Below are positions 19,161-28,658 of a stretch of 64,000 nt of DNA, piece after piece (the first letter of the stretch is position 1; the number at the start of each line of letters is the position of its first letter). The stretch is from an uncultured Gammaproteobacteria bacterium. Its GTDB lineage: Bacteria; Pseudomonadota; Gammaproteobacteria; JACCXJ01. Where the stretch lies: contig CAVXTM010000011.1 of the NCBI GenBank assembly GCA_963764725.1, forward strand, positions 32,001 to 96,000, written 5' to 3'. Made by a program: the position numbers and the translations under genes. The notes beneath the pieces were generated by a model. That model was not told the DNA's origin and made no database searches. It saw only the letters and a list, made by a program, of their open reading frames with translations.

Positions 19161-20120
19161 GTGACGCAAGCGCGCCCGCTCCGCATCGGCACACGCGCAT
19201 CGGCGCTCGCTCTGTGGCAGGCGCGGCATGTCGCCGGGCTCATCGGCCGCCAGCCCGGCGCGCCCTCTGTTGACCTGGTGCGTATCCGCACCGAAGGCGA
19301 CATGCGCAACAACGTGCCGCTCTGGGCCGTTGACGGGCGCGCCTTTTTTACGAAGGAAATCGATCGCGCGCTGCGCGCGAGCGAAATAGACGTCGCGGTT
19401 CATAGCCTCAAGGATCTCTCGACCTTGCTGGAGCCCGGGATCGATCTCGTCGCGGTTATCCAGCGCGAAGATCCGCGTGACGCGCTGCTCTGCCGGACGG
19501 AAAACTCGCTGGCGGCTCTGCCGGCCGGTGCCCGTGTCGGCACGAGCAGCCTGCGGCGCCGGGCGTTTCTCGCGCGCGCGCGGCCGGACATTCAGGCGAT
19601 CGAGCTTCGCGGAAATGTCCCCACGCGTATCGACACGCTGCAGAAGGGCGACTACGACGCGATCATTCTTGCCACGGCCGGTCTCAAACGGCTGGGGCGC
19701 GAGTCGAGCATCTCCGTGTATCTCAGCATCAGGGATTTTCCACCTGCGGTTTCGCAGGGGGCCATCGGTGTCTGCGCGCGCTCGGGCGACGCAGAAACAT
19801 TACTTTGGCTGCGGCAACTGGACGATCCGGCCACGCGGCTCGCGACGACCGCTGAGCGCACGCTCCTGCGTTGCATCGAAGGCGGCTGTCAGGTTCCGCT
19901 CGGCGCGCTCGCCACTCTGGATGACGAAACGTTGAGCGCCTATGCCGCCGTATGCGCGCACGACGGCTCTACAATGGTGAATGCCGAAGGCACCGTCGCG
20001 GCGACGCCCGCCAATGCTGTGGCTCTTGGTGAGCGGCTGGCGGAAGCGCTGCTCGCGAAAGGCGCGGGTTTCATCATTGCGCGCGAGCGCGCCACTCCCC
20101 GGGTGGTGGAGGCACCGTGA
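19161..20120 (+). CDS. hemC: Hydroxymethylbilane synthase
   Basis: IGTRASALALWQA, FTKEID, VHSLKD, GTSSLRR, RGNVPTR, EGGCQVP. Confidence 0.96.
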   Translation: MTQARPLRIGTRASALALWQARHVAGLIGRQPGAPSVDLVRIRTEGDMRNNVPLWAVDGRAFFTKEIDRALRASEIDVAVHSLKDLSTLLEPGIDLVAVIQREDPRDALLCRTENSLAALPAGARVGTSSLRRRAFLARARPDIQAIELRGNVPTRIDTLQKGDYDAIILATAGLKRLGRESSISVYLSIRDFPPAVSQGAIGVCARSGDAETLLWLRQLDDPATRLATTAERTLLRCIEGGCQVPLGALATLDDETLSAYAAVCAHDGSTMVNAEGTVAATPANAVALGERLAEALLAKGAGFIIARERATPRVVEAP

Positions 20121-20881
20121 GCACGCCGGGCGCAGAGTTCCCTCCGGTCGTGGTGACGCGCGCCGAAGCGAGCGATGGGCCGTTGAGCTCGCAGCTTCGC
20201 AGCCTCGGCTTGCAGGTTCTCCTGTGGCCTGCGGTCCGCGTGACCGCGGCCGATAGCCCGCTTCTCGAAGCGACGCTCGGGCGCCTACACGATTTCGACT
20301 GGATTGTCTTTGCAAGCCGCCACGCGGTCGCCGCAGTCACTGCGCGTGTCTCCGTGCCGCCCGCCAATCTCCGCGTAGCCGCAGTCGGTCAGGCCACGGC
20401 GCAGGTGCTGCGCCATTGCGGCTGGCGCGTGGACCTCGTGCCAGGCGATGCAAATGCCGGCGCGCTCGTTGCCGCATTCGCGCAGATCGCTCGCGTCGGA
20501 ATACGTGTTCTCTTTCCCGCAAGCTCGCGTGCGTTGCCGACTCTCTGGAAAGGGCTCACGCAGCTGGGCGCCCTCGTCACGCAGGTCGAGGCTTATCGCA
20601 CCGATCCTTCGCCGCTCGATGTCGACGACTGTCGCTCGTGGATCGAGCGCGACGCGATCGGCGCCGTCACATTCGCGAGCCCATCTGCGGTCGTCGAGAT
20701 CGCGCGCGCACTCGGCAAAACGGACTTCGAGAGGCTTCTCACGAATGCGGCCGCGGTCGCGATCGGTCCGACGACGGCGCGCGCGCTCACGGAGCGGGGC
20801 CGCGCGTCAGTGCTCGCCGAGTCCGCCACGCTGCGCGGCCTAGCAAACACCACTTTGCGCCTGATTCAAACGAGGCATTGA
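20117..20881 (+). CDS. hemD: Uroporphyrinogen-III synthase
   Basis: VVVTRAE, DWIVFASRHAV, AAVGQATA, AYRT, FASPSAV, AIGPTTA. Confidence 0.92.
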   Translation: MSTPGAEFPPVVVTRAEASDGPLSSQLRSLGLQVLLWPAVRVTAADSPLLEATLGRLHDFDWIVFASRHAVAAVTARVSVPPANLRVAAVGQATAQVLRHCGWRVDLVPGDANAGALVAAFAQIARVGIRVLFPASSRALPTLWKGLTQLGALVTQVEAYRTDPSPLDVDDCRSWIERDAIGAVTFASPSAVVEIARALGKTDFERLLTNAAAVAIGPTTARALTERGRASVLAESATLRGLANTTLRLIQTRH

Positions 20882-20883
20882 CC

Positions 20884-21861
20884 ATGACATTTCCGCTGCA
20901 CAGACCGCGTCGCCTGCGCCAGTCCGAAACCTGGCGGCGCGTCGTCACCGAGACGCGTCTCACGCGCGATGCGCTCGTGTATCCACTCTTCGTCGTACCC
21001 GGCCGGAGCGTGCGCCGCCCCGTGGAAAGCATGCCTGGCATCTTCCAGCTCTCCGTCAACGAGGTCGTCGCTGAAGCAAAACGTGCTGCGGATCTGGGTG
21101 TACCGGCGGTGCTGCTGTTCGCCGCTCCCGCACACAAAGATGCGCGCGGGAGCGCGGCGCTCGATCCGAAGGGTCTCGTTCCACAGTCGATTGCCGCAAT
21201 CAAGCGCGCATGCCCGAAGCTTCTCGTTTGGGCCGATGTCTGCCTTTGCAGCGCGACCGATCACGGACATTGCGGGCACGTTCTGCCGTCCGGCGCGATC
21301 GACAACGATCCTTCGGTCGAGACCTTGGCCCAGGTTGCATTGAACTATGCGCGCGCCGGTGCCGACTCGGTCGCGCCGAGCGACATGATGGACGGGCGTG
21401 TGCTGGCGATCCGTCAGTTGCTCGATCGGAACGGCTACGCCAACACGCCGATCGTTTCCTATGCGGCCAAATATGCCTCCGCATTCTACGGACCGTTTCG
21501 CGAGGCGGCGGAATCGGCCCCCGCTTTCGGCGATCGTCGCTCCTACCAGCTCGATCCGGCGAACGCGCGCGAAGCCTTGCGTGAGGTGCTTCTCGACGTT
21601 GAAGAGGGTGCCGACCTCGTCATGGTGAAGCCGGCCGGCGCGTATCTGGACATCATCCGACGCGTGCGTGACGCCGTGCAGGTGCCGGTCGTTGCGTACC
21701 AGGTTTCAGGTGAATACAGCCTCATCAAGGCGGCGAGCGAGCGCGGCTGGATCGACGAGCGCGCCGCGGCGTTCGAAACACTCACGGGCATCAAACGCGC
21801 GGGAGCGGATCTCATCATCACCTACTACGCGCCGGATGCGGCGAAATGGTTGCGGGAATGA
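20884..21861 (+). CDS. hemB: Porphobilinogen synthase
   Basis: RPRRLR, DVCLC..HGHCG, APSDMMDGR, SYAAKYASAFYGPFR, MVKP, YQVSGEY. Confidence 0.97.
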   Translation: MTFPLHRPRRLRQSETWRRVVTETRLTRDALVYPLFVVPGRSVRRPVESMPGIFQLSVNEVVAEAKRAADLGVPAVLLFAAPAHKDARGSAALDPKGLVPQSIAAIKRACPKLLVWADVCLCSATDHGHCGHVLPSGAIDNDPSVETLAQVALNYARAGADSVAPSDMMDGRVLAIRQLLDRNGYANTPIVSYAAKYASAFYGPFREAAESAPAFGDRRSYQLDPANAREALREVLLDVEEGADLVMVKPAGAYLDIIRRVRDAVQVPVVAYQVSGEYSLIKAASERGWIDERAAAFETLTGIKRAGADLIITYYAPDAAKWLRE

Positions 21862-21942
21862 ACGTGCCGGCCGCGAGAAACCTCGCCCGACGCCGTTGCA
21901 CGGCTGGTGGACTACTTGCACGTCTGGCGTTAAGGCGATTAG

Positions 21943-22260
21943 CTACGATTCGGTAAACATGTGTCGTTGGGTATCGAAACGCGGATTCTTACCGAACAGT
22001 TTTTCGCGCCCGCTAATCACCAACGCCACTATGAAATTCAATGCAGATATGCCGGTTAGGAACTCCAAGCCTGTACTGATCATCTGCATCGAATAGCGGG
22101 CGGTCGTTGCCGGCGCCGTTGCTTCGGTGGCGTAATACCACAACTGGGTCATCACAAGAGCCGCCAATGCCCAGCGCAGCCAGAACCATCCTCGCCGCAG
22201 GAAATACTGGCTCTTCGTTTCACGAGCTTGGGTATACGCCGATCGATAGGCGTTCGAGAG
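21943..22260 (-). pseudogene. C-terminal fragment of a membrane protein
   Basis: Open frame with two hydrophobic segments and no good start. Confidence 0.4.
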
Positions 22261-22274
22261 CTATTGCGGTTCAT

Positions 22275-22307
22275 CATGCCGCCCGCCCCGAACAGTGCGA
22301 TTTTCAT
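22275..22307 (-). pseudogene. N-terminal stub of an NAD(P)H-binding oxidoreductase
   Basis: CAGGAGG RBS, MKIALFGAGGM then abrupt break. Confidence 0.5.
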
Positions 22308-22380
22308 AGTGACCTCCTGACACGCAAATGATCAACCGATCTTTAGCGTGCTGATCCATGACTGTTTCCTCATCTATCCA

Positions 22381-22641
22381 CTATTCGATCAACAACTCAT
22401 CGGGGTAGCACCACAGCCAGTCCTCACGCGGCTCGTGCGACTGGATAATCGGATGCTGTGTCTTGTGATAGTGCCTGGTGGCGTGCTTGTTCTTGGAATC
22501 GTCGCAGCAGCCGACATGCCCGCAAGTCAGGCACAGGCGCAGATGCACCCAGGTGTCCCCGATTGCCAGACACTCCTCGCAGCCGTTCGCACTGGGTGTG
22601 ACTGGTCGGATCTGATTCACATGAACGCATGGTCTGGACAT
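22381..22641 (-). CDS. UBP-type zinc finger protein
   Basis: GCEECL..WVHLRLCLTCGHVGCCDDSKNKHATRH..EPREDWLWCYPDE. Confidence 0.93.
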   Translation of the reverse strand: MSRPCVHVNQIRPVTPSANGCEECLAIGDTWVHLRLCLTCGHVGCCDDSKNKHATRHYHKTQHPIIQSHEPREDWLWCYPDELLIE

Positions 22642-22674
22642 GATTATCTCCTTGCTTATGAGATGATCTAGGCG

Positions 22675-23062
22675 TCAATTGGAAGCGAGGTATTCGTGCA
22701 CGAATTGCACAGCCATCGCCCCTTCGCCTACTGCGGAGGCAACACGCCTGGTGGAGCCACAGCGCACATCGCCCGCGGCAAAGGTGCCAGGAAGGCTGGT
22801 CTCGAGCAGAAATGGCTGGCGGCGAAGCGGCCACGACTGCGCAATCTGCAGTCCGGTCTTCACAAATCCGTTACCATCAACCTCAATCGCGACGATCGCA
22901 ACCTCGCCGCTCTTCACCGCGAAGACCTTAAAATCGCGTTCGCCCGCGGCAAAGAGCGTTTCTCCTTGCGCAAACGATTTGAGCATTGCAAATTTCGCCA
23001 ATGCCGATCCTTGCTCGTCGTCGAGCATTGGGAAATGCACTGGGATCTCGCTTGAGAGCCAT
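22675..23062 (-). pseudogene. cNMP-binding thioredoxin-reductase-like gene with a large internal deletion
   Basis: N-terminal GETLFAAGERD..KSGEVAIV joined directly to C-terminal GFVKTG..LETSLPG.FAAGDVR..RVASAVGEG. Confidence 0.85.
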
Positions 23063-23133
23063 AACGCTTAAAAACGCAGCGGCTTGATCGGTGCTGTTAC
23101 CACCTTGGGCTTTTGCTGGCGACATGGCCTGCG

Positions 23134-24300
23134 TCATCTCCATCGCTCGTCCACACAGGGCTTGGGTTGTTCGCCGCGTTCCTGGGGAAGGCTGGGATAG
23201 TCGGTATAGCCTTTGGCGCCGCCGCCGTAATAGGTGGACGGATCGTCGGCGTTGAGCGGGGCGCGCGAGCGGAAACGCTCGGGCAGGTCAGGATTCGCGA
23301 GAAACTTGCGGCCGAAAGCAATCAAATCCGCCTTGCCCCGGCCAAGCCATTCCTCGGCACTGTCATGATCGAAGCCGCCAGCGAGGATGAGGGTCCCGCG
23401 ATATTTTTCCCGCATCAGCTCGAGCATACGCAATGCGCGAGAGTCGGGTTCGCCGCCTTTCTCCATCGCGGCAGCGCCTGGGTTGATAACGTGCAGATAA
23501 GCGAGGTTGTGCTCGTTAAGCCCTTCGGCGATGTATCCAAACGTCGCTTCCGGATGGTCGTCGCTGACATCGTTAAATGTTCCGAGCGGCGATAGTCTTA
23601 CGCCGACCCGATTCCCGCCCCAGATTGCACAGACCGCGGCGACCACTTGCAGCAGCAGCCGGGCCCGGTTCTCGATTGCACCGCCGTACTCATCGGCGCG
23701 GCGATTAGTGCTCGAATTGATGAACTGGTCCAGCAGATAACCGTTGGCGGCGTGGATCTCGATGCCGTCGAATCCGGCGTCGAGCGCGTTCCGAGCGCCT
23801 CGCACGTATTGCTGGACGATGAGGGGCATCTCTTCGGTTACCAAGGCGCGCGGAGTCACAAACGGAACGAGCGCCCCCTCGCCCATGTCGTTTTCTATGA
23901 AGGCTTCGCCGGGTGGCCTGATGGCTGAGGGCGCGACCGGCAGCATGCCATCGGGTTGTAATGAAGGATGGGAAATGCGGCCGACATGCCAAAGCTGGAG
24001 GAAGATCAAGCCACCGGCTTCATGCACCGCGTCGGTGACTTCCCGCCAGCCCGCAACCTGTTCGCGGCTGTGGATCCCCGGAGTCCACGCATAGCCCTGG
24101 CCCTGCATCGAGACCTGCGTCGCTTCGGCAATGATGAGCGCAGCGGAGGCGCGCTGGGCGTAATAACATGCGTTGAGCCGCGTCGGAACATTGCCGGGTT
24201 GACCTGCCCGCGAGCGAGTCAGCGGGGCCATGACGATACGGTGGGGTAGTTTGTAGTGCCCGAGGTTTACCGGCTCAAACAGTATCGAACCTGCTGACAT
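23134..24300 (-). CDS. Old yellow enzyme / alkene reductase (NemA-like)
   Basis: VMAPLTRSRA, YYAQRAS, QLWHVGRISH, EIHAANGYL, VGVRLSP, ANPDL, GYTDYP. Confidence 0.95.
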   Translation of the reverse strand: MSAGSILFEPVNLGHYKLPHRIVMAPLTRSRAGQPGNVPTRLNACYYAQRASAALIIAEATQVSMQGQGYAWTPGIHSREQVAGWREVTDAVHEAGGLIFLQLWHVGRISHPSLQPDGMLPVAPSAIRPPGEAFIENDMGEGALVPFVTPRALVTEEMPLIVQQYVRGARNALDAGFDGIEIHAANGYLLDQFINSSTNRRADEYGGAIENRARLLLQVVAAVCAIWGGNRVGVRLSPLGTFNDVSDDHPEATFGYIAEGLNEHNLAYLHVINPGAAAMEKGGEPDSRALRMLELMREKYRGTLILAGGFDHDSAEEWLGRGKADLIAFGRKFLANPDLPERFRSRAPLNADDPSTYYGGGAKGYTDYPSLPQERGEQPKPCVDERWR

Positions 24301-24325
24301 AACGATCATCCGGGAAGCTTTGCCG

Positions 24326-24495
24326 TGAGGATCAATGATGTACTTCTTCGGCGAGCCGTCGTCGAACTTCCGGTAGGCCTCGAGCGCTTTGTCGAGCGAG
24401 ACGACTTCGGCATTCATGACCTCTTTCAGAGTAGTCCAGCCGACCACACAGAATCGCCATCATCAGGTCACGGCTGTACTTGACCACAGGCAATG
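24326..24495 (-). pseudogene. C-terminal fragment of a glutathione-independent formaldehyde dehydrogenase-like gene
   Basis: PVVKYSRDLMMAIL / VMNAEVVSLDKALEAYRKFDDGSPKKYIIDPHG in two frames. Confidence 0.7.
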
Positions 24496-24691
24496 GCCGG
24501 CCGTCATGCTCGGTGACTTGATCCATGCCTACTCTTAGCATCGGGATCGCGAACAACCATACCTTACTGCTCCGTGCTAGCGTGACTGTCACTACGCTCT
24601 AAGCTACATACCTTACCCTCCGCAAGTGCTTACTGAAACCTGCGGGGATCGGGTAGTCCGCGCAAGGTGGCGGCGCACAGCACGTCGTATC

Positions 24692-25198
24692 CTAGCGGAC
24701 TTCGACCTGGATCACGCGAGGCCGCGCGGTCTCTGCCTTGGGCAGCTCCACCTTCAGCACGCCGTGGCGGTAGGCCGCCTTGGCCTTGTCCGCCTGCACC
24801 GGCGCCGGTAGCGGGAGAGTACGCTGAAACCTCCCATAGGCGCGCTGCAAAAGGCGGTAGCGGCCTTCACTCTCCTCATGCTCGAAGCGCTTCTCGCCCC
24901 GCACCACCAGCACATCGTCCCGGACCTCGAGATCCAGGTCCTCGGCCTCGAGGCCCGGTACCTCCAGGCGCACCACTACCCGCCGCTCGTCTTCGAACAC
25001 CTCACCCGCAAGCAGCGCCCAGGAGGGTGCCGTGAATGGAAAGGGGCCCTCATTCGAGCGCACCGGGATACCCGACTTCGCGCTCGGGCGGAAGCGGGTA
25101 AGCGCGCTCGCTGCCCGCTCCCGGATATGATTCCAGCCCTCGGAAAGCGACTCCCAGACCTCTTCGAGGCTGTGCTTAAGTTTAGTCAATGCGTTCAT
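24692..25198 (-). CDS. Hsp20 small heat-shock protein
   Basis: VRLEVPGL, VRGEKR, YGRFQRTLPLP, AYRHGVLKVELPK. Confidence 0.95.
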   Translation of the reverse strand: MNALTKLKHSLEEVWESLSEGWNHIRERAASALTRFRPSAKSGIPVRSNEGPFPFTAPSWALLAGEVFEDERRVVVRLEVPGLEAEDLDLEVRDDVLVVRGEKRFEHEESEGRYRLLQRAYGRFQRTLPLPAPVQADKAKAAYRHGVLKVELPKAETARPRVIQVEVR

Positions 25199-25205
25199 GT
25201 TTAGC

Positions 25206-25592
25206 TCACCCCACGCTTACGTCGATGCGCCGCGGCTTGGCGGCCTCGGTCTTGGGGATGCGGAGCGTGAGCACCCCGTCCTTGAGCGAGGCGTTCACCC
25301 TCGTTCCATCCAGCTCACGGCTCAGTGTGAAGCTGCGCCGGTAGACGATCAGCGGCGGGACCTCGGCGTAGACCGGTTCCGTGCCTGTAGATACGTCGAG
25401 ACTCGCTACGCCTTCGACCATCAGGGTATCACCGTCCACGCGCACCTGCAGCCTATCTTTGGCGAGCCCCGGCAGATCGGCCGACAGGGTAATGCCCGAC
25501 TCGTCCTCGACCACGTCGACCGGAGGTCGCACCTCGGTAGCGGCGACGGGCTTTGCCTCCTCGCGTTCGCTTAGCTCTTGCTTCTCGCTCAT
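25206..25592 (-). CDS. Hsp20 small heat-shock protein
   Basis: PPVDVVE, ADLPG, YRRSFTLS, LKDGVLTLRIPK. Confidence 0.95.
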   Translation of the reverse strand: MSEKQELSEREEAKPVAATEVRPPVDVVEDESGITLSADLPGLAKDRLQVRVDGDTLMVEGVASLDVSTGTEPVYAEVPPLIVYRRSFTLSRELDGTRVNASLKDGVLTLRIPKTEAAKPRRIDVSVG

Positions 25593-25620
25593 GACTTTTT
25601 CTCCTCTGTACGGAACAGAA

Positions 25621-26073
25621 TCATTGGATCTCGATGCGGCGCGGCTTGGCCTCTTCGCGCCGGTTTGCAGTGATGCGGAGCACGCCATCTCGGTACTGGG
25701 CCGCGACGCGCGCCGGATCAGCGTCCTCGGGTAAACTGATGACTCGCTTAAACGCCCCCGCGAAGCGCTCCTTCGCGTAGACGTTGATCTTGTCGGTCTC
25801 CGCTGGCAGGTCGGCGCTACGCTCACCAGCGATGGTCAGCAGGCCTCGGTCGATGGACATCTGGAGCTTGCTCGGGTCGATGCCCGGTGCCAACGCCCAG
25901 ATCTCGATCGCATCGGGCCTACTACCAATGGTGATCGCCGGAAAGGCCCCGCGACCCACGGCGCGGATGCTCACCGGTCTACCCGCCCCTCCGAACACCT
26001 GCTCCATCTCGCGCTGCATGCGCTCGAATTCGCCCAGAATATCACCCGGCAACCTCAACAAGGACTCGTACAT
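25621..26073 (-). CDS. Hsp20 small heat-shock protein
   Basis: GAGGAGG RBS; FPAITI, LAPGID, ERFAGAFKRVISLP, YRDGVL. Confidence 0.95.
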   Translation of the reverse strand: MYESLLRLPGDILGEFERMQREMEQVFGGAGRPVSIRAVGRGAFPAITIGSRPDAIEIWALAPGIDPSKLQMSIDRGLLTIAGERSADLPAETDKINVYAKERFAGAFKRVISLPEDADPARVAAQYRDGVLRITANRREEAKPRRIEIQ

Positions 26074-26599
26074 GGCCTATACCTCCTCGAATAGTGGCTG
26101 ATGCCGTAGTGGTAAGCGCAAGCGTCGTTCCACAACGGCAGCCAAGGAACGCCCTGGCCTAACTTGCGATATTCAGGACAGATTCGATTGCAGGAGCCGA
26201 GTAGCGAATGACGAGGGGTGATCGGATGCCGAAGCAAGCTGCCGAATGGCCGTCAGCGCTGCCGGAGGGTGGGCATTCGAAGCGGGGTGACCACCGCAGG
26301 TGCAGCCGCGCCGCCCAAGGTGCGCTGCTCGAGCGAGGGCAATGCTTGCGAGGAAGACCCCGAATCATGCGCAGCTCGCGGTTGGAGACCAGTGATGCTA
26401 TACAGGTGGTTGGATCCTGATGTAAAGTTCTGCATTGCGGAAAGGGTGACCATCTGGCGCTGAAGGCGCGGGGGCCACACGGGGATGCAATGTCCACGGA
26501 TGGCTCTATAGAGGGTAAAGACAGTGCCGCCAGAGAACGACAGCAATCACGCGCTGGACCATCTCGGTGCCGACCCCTGGGAGCCGATACGGATCACGT

Positions 26600-26665
26600 C
26601 TTGGCGAATACCGGCACATCTGCGCCTTCTTTCACGCCCCTGAGGAAGAGTACCAATGGCACTAA
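26600..26665 (+). pseudogene. MEDS-domain gene remnant
   Basis: LGEYRHICAFFHAPEEEY then stop. Confidence 0.6.
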
Positions 26666-26679
26666 CATCGTCCTGAGCC

Positions 26680-28314
26680 GTGGACGAGCAACCCGACGAG
26701 ATTCAAGGTATCCGGGTATGCATGAATAACCTAATGAGCCTGCTGGCGCTGCCGGCCTTGTGGAGCGGTCGCGAGCCGCCCCACACTGTCGGTATCCTGC
26801 TCGATACCATATTGCGGATGCTGGACCTGGAATTCGCCTATGCCCGAATCGACGACACGGTCGACGGCTCGGTGATAGAGCTGGCGCGGTTCGCTCGGGG
26901 GCGAGCTGCCGCCCCTCGACCCCAGGACGTCGGCAGAGCGCTCAATCCTTGGTTGGCGGCCGAGCCGACCACATCTCCTTTACTGATACCGAATCCGGTC
27001 GGCGAAGGGGAGATCGCGATCGCACTTGTCCGTTCAGGCATGCAGGGCGAAATCGGCGTGCTGGCAGCCGGCTCGCATCGAACCGACTTCCCAACCAAGA
27101 TCGAAGCGCTGCTCCTTAACGTCGCCGCGAACCAGGCGGCAATTGGATTGCAAGACGCTTGGCGCCTGAACGAGCAGAAGCGAGCCGCAGAGGTGCTCGA
27201 TCAACGGGTTGCCGACCGCACCAGTGAGCTCGTGGCGGCAAATGAGAAGCTCAGGCTGGAGGTTGTCCAGCGCAAGCGCGGCGAGGAAGAGCTGAAGAAG
27301 GCCTTTGACGAGATCAACATCCTGAAGGACCAGCTCGCATACGAGAAGCGTTATCTGGAGGAGGAGATCCGCCTAGAGCGCGGCTTCGAGGAGATGCTTG
27401 GTGAAAGCCCGGCGCTACAGAACATTCTGAAGCACGTTGCGATCGTCGCCCCAACCGACTCCACGGTGCTGATTCAGGGGGAGACAGGCACCGGTAAGGA
27501 GCTCATCGCGCGGGCAATCCACAACCTGAGCAACCGACGCGAGCGCACCTTCGTGAAGATCAACTGCGCGGCGATCCCCACGGGGCTTTTGGAGAGCGAG
27601 CTTTTCGGGCACGAGAAGGGTGCATTCACGGGGGCCGTCGCGCAGCGGATGGGGCGTTTCGAGCTGGCCAATGGCGGCACCATGTTTCTCGATGAGGTCG
27701 GCGAGATCCCACTTGAGCTCCAGGTGAAGCTCCTGCGAGTGCTACAAGAGCAGGAGTTCGAGCGGCTGGGCAGCAGTCGAACGGTGCGGGTCGATGTGCG
27801 TCTGATCGCGGCAACGAATCGAGACCTCGCGCAGATGATGGAGGATCGAGAATTTCGCAGCGATCTCTACTATCGGCTCAAGGTGTTTCCTATCATGGCC
27901 CCACCTCTGCGCGAGCGGGTTGAAGACATTCCTATTCTGGTAGGGCATTTTACGGGGCGTCATGCCCGTCACTGCAAGAAGTCGATTTCGAGTATCTCCC
28001 CGGAAACCATGACCGCGCTCTGCCGTTATCATTGGCCCGGTAACATACGAGAGCTGGAAAATTTCATCGAACGCAGCGTGATCTTGTCGCGGGGTCCGTC
28101 CCTCGAGGTGCCGCTCGGCGAGCTGAAACCCGCTGGCGCCAAGACTGCGGATGCGGCAACGCTCGAAGACATCCAGCGCGAGCACATCCTGCACGCGCTC
28201 GACGAGTGCAACTGGGTGATCTCGGGCCCCACCGGAGCAGCGGCGAAGCTCGGCATGAAGCGTACGTCGTTGCAGTACAAGATGCAGAAGCTCGGGATCA
28301 CCCGCGCCCACTAA
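26680..28314 (+). CDS. Sigma54-dependent Fis-family activator (FhlA-like)
   Basis: GETGTGKE, ESELFGHEKGAFTGA, FLDEVGE, DLYYRL, WPGNIREL, C-terminal HTH. Confidence 0.95.
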   Translation: MDEQPDEIQGIRVCMNNLMSLLALPALWSGREPPHTVGILLDTILRMLDLEFAYARIDDTVDGSVIELARFARGRAAAPRPQDVGRALNPWLAAEPTTSPLLIPNPVGEGEIAIALVRSGMQGEIGVLAAGSHRTDFPTKIEALLLNVAANQAAIGLQDAWRLNEQKRAAEVLDQRVADRTSELVAANEKLRLEVVQRKRGEEELKKAFDEINILKDQLAYEKRYLEEEIRLERGFEEMLGESPALQNILKHVAIVAPTDSTVLIQGETGTGKELIARAIHNLSNRRERTFVKINCAAIPTGLLESELFGHEKGAFTGAVAQRMGRFELANGGTMFLDEVGEIPLELQVKLLRVLQEQEFERLGSSRTVRVDVRLIAATNRDLAQMMEDREFRSDLYYRLKVFPIMAPPLRERVEDIPILVGHFTGRHARHCKKSISSISPETMTALCRYHWPGNIRELENFIERSVILSRGPSLEVPLGELKPAGAKTADAATLEDIQREHILHALDECNWVISGPTGAAAKLGMKRTSLQYKMQKLGITRAH

Positions 28315-28658
28315 GCGCCCCGCCTGCCCGCCCCCCGTCAGTCTGACGGCCGCCCGGCGGGCCGCTCTGGCATCCCATTCCATCCGGCCCGCGCACTAAG
28401 CCGGAACGACTCATATAATCTTTCCTAATAACAATATCTTAGCACGATACGGCCTTCGCTGTCGGTTGTGGAACGGCTGTTGCCCCTCGAAGGCGTATAG
28501 CGTTCATGCGCATGGCCATTGAGGCGTGTGAGCACGTCTGCGGATGGCGAACCAAGCGGCGCCGAGGAGGCCAAGGCAATCCAGAGAATGTTCGAGGCGG
28601 GTCGATTGATGAGACGAGAGCGATGGGGTACCAGACCGGCGCTCCGCGAGATGAAGAC

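Noticed and set aside
23134-24447. Dehydrogenase-OYE fusion protein
   Set aside because: The N-terminal extension is a frameshifted remnant of an upstream gene; OYE starts at 24300
26100-26140. Sigma32 promoter or RNA thermometer before the Hsp20 trio
   Set aside because: Only a weak match to CTTGAA-N13-15-CCCCAT
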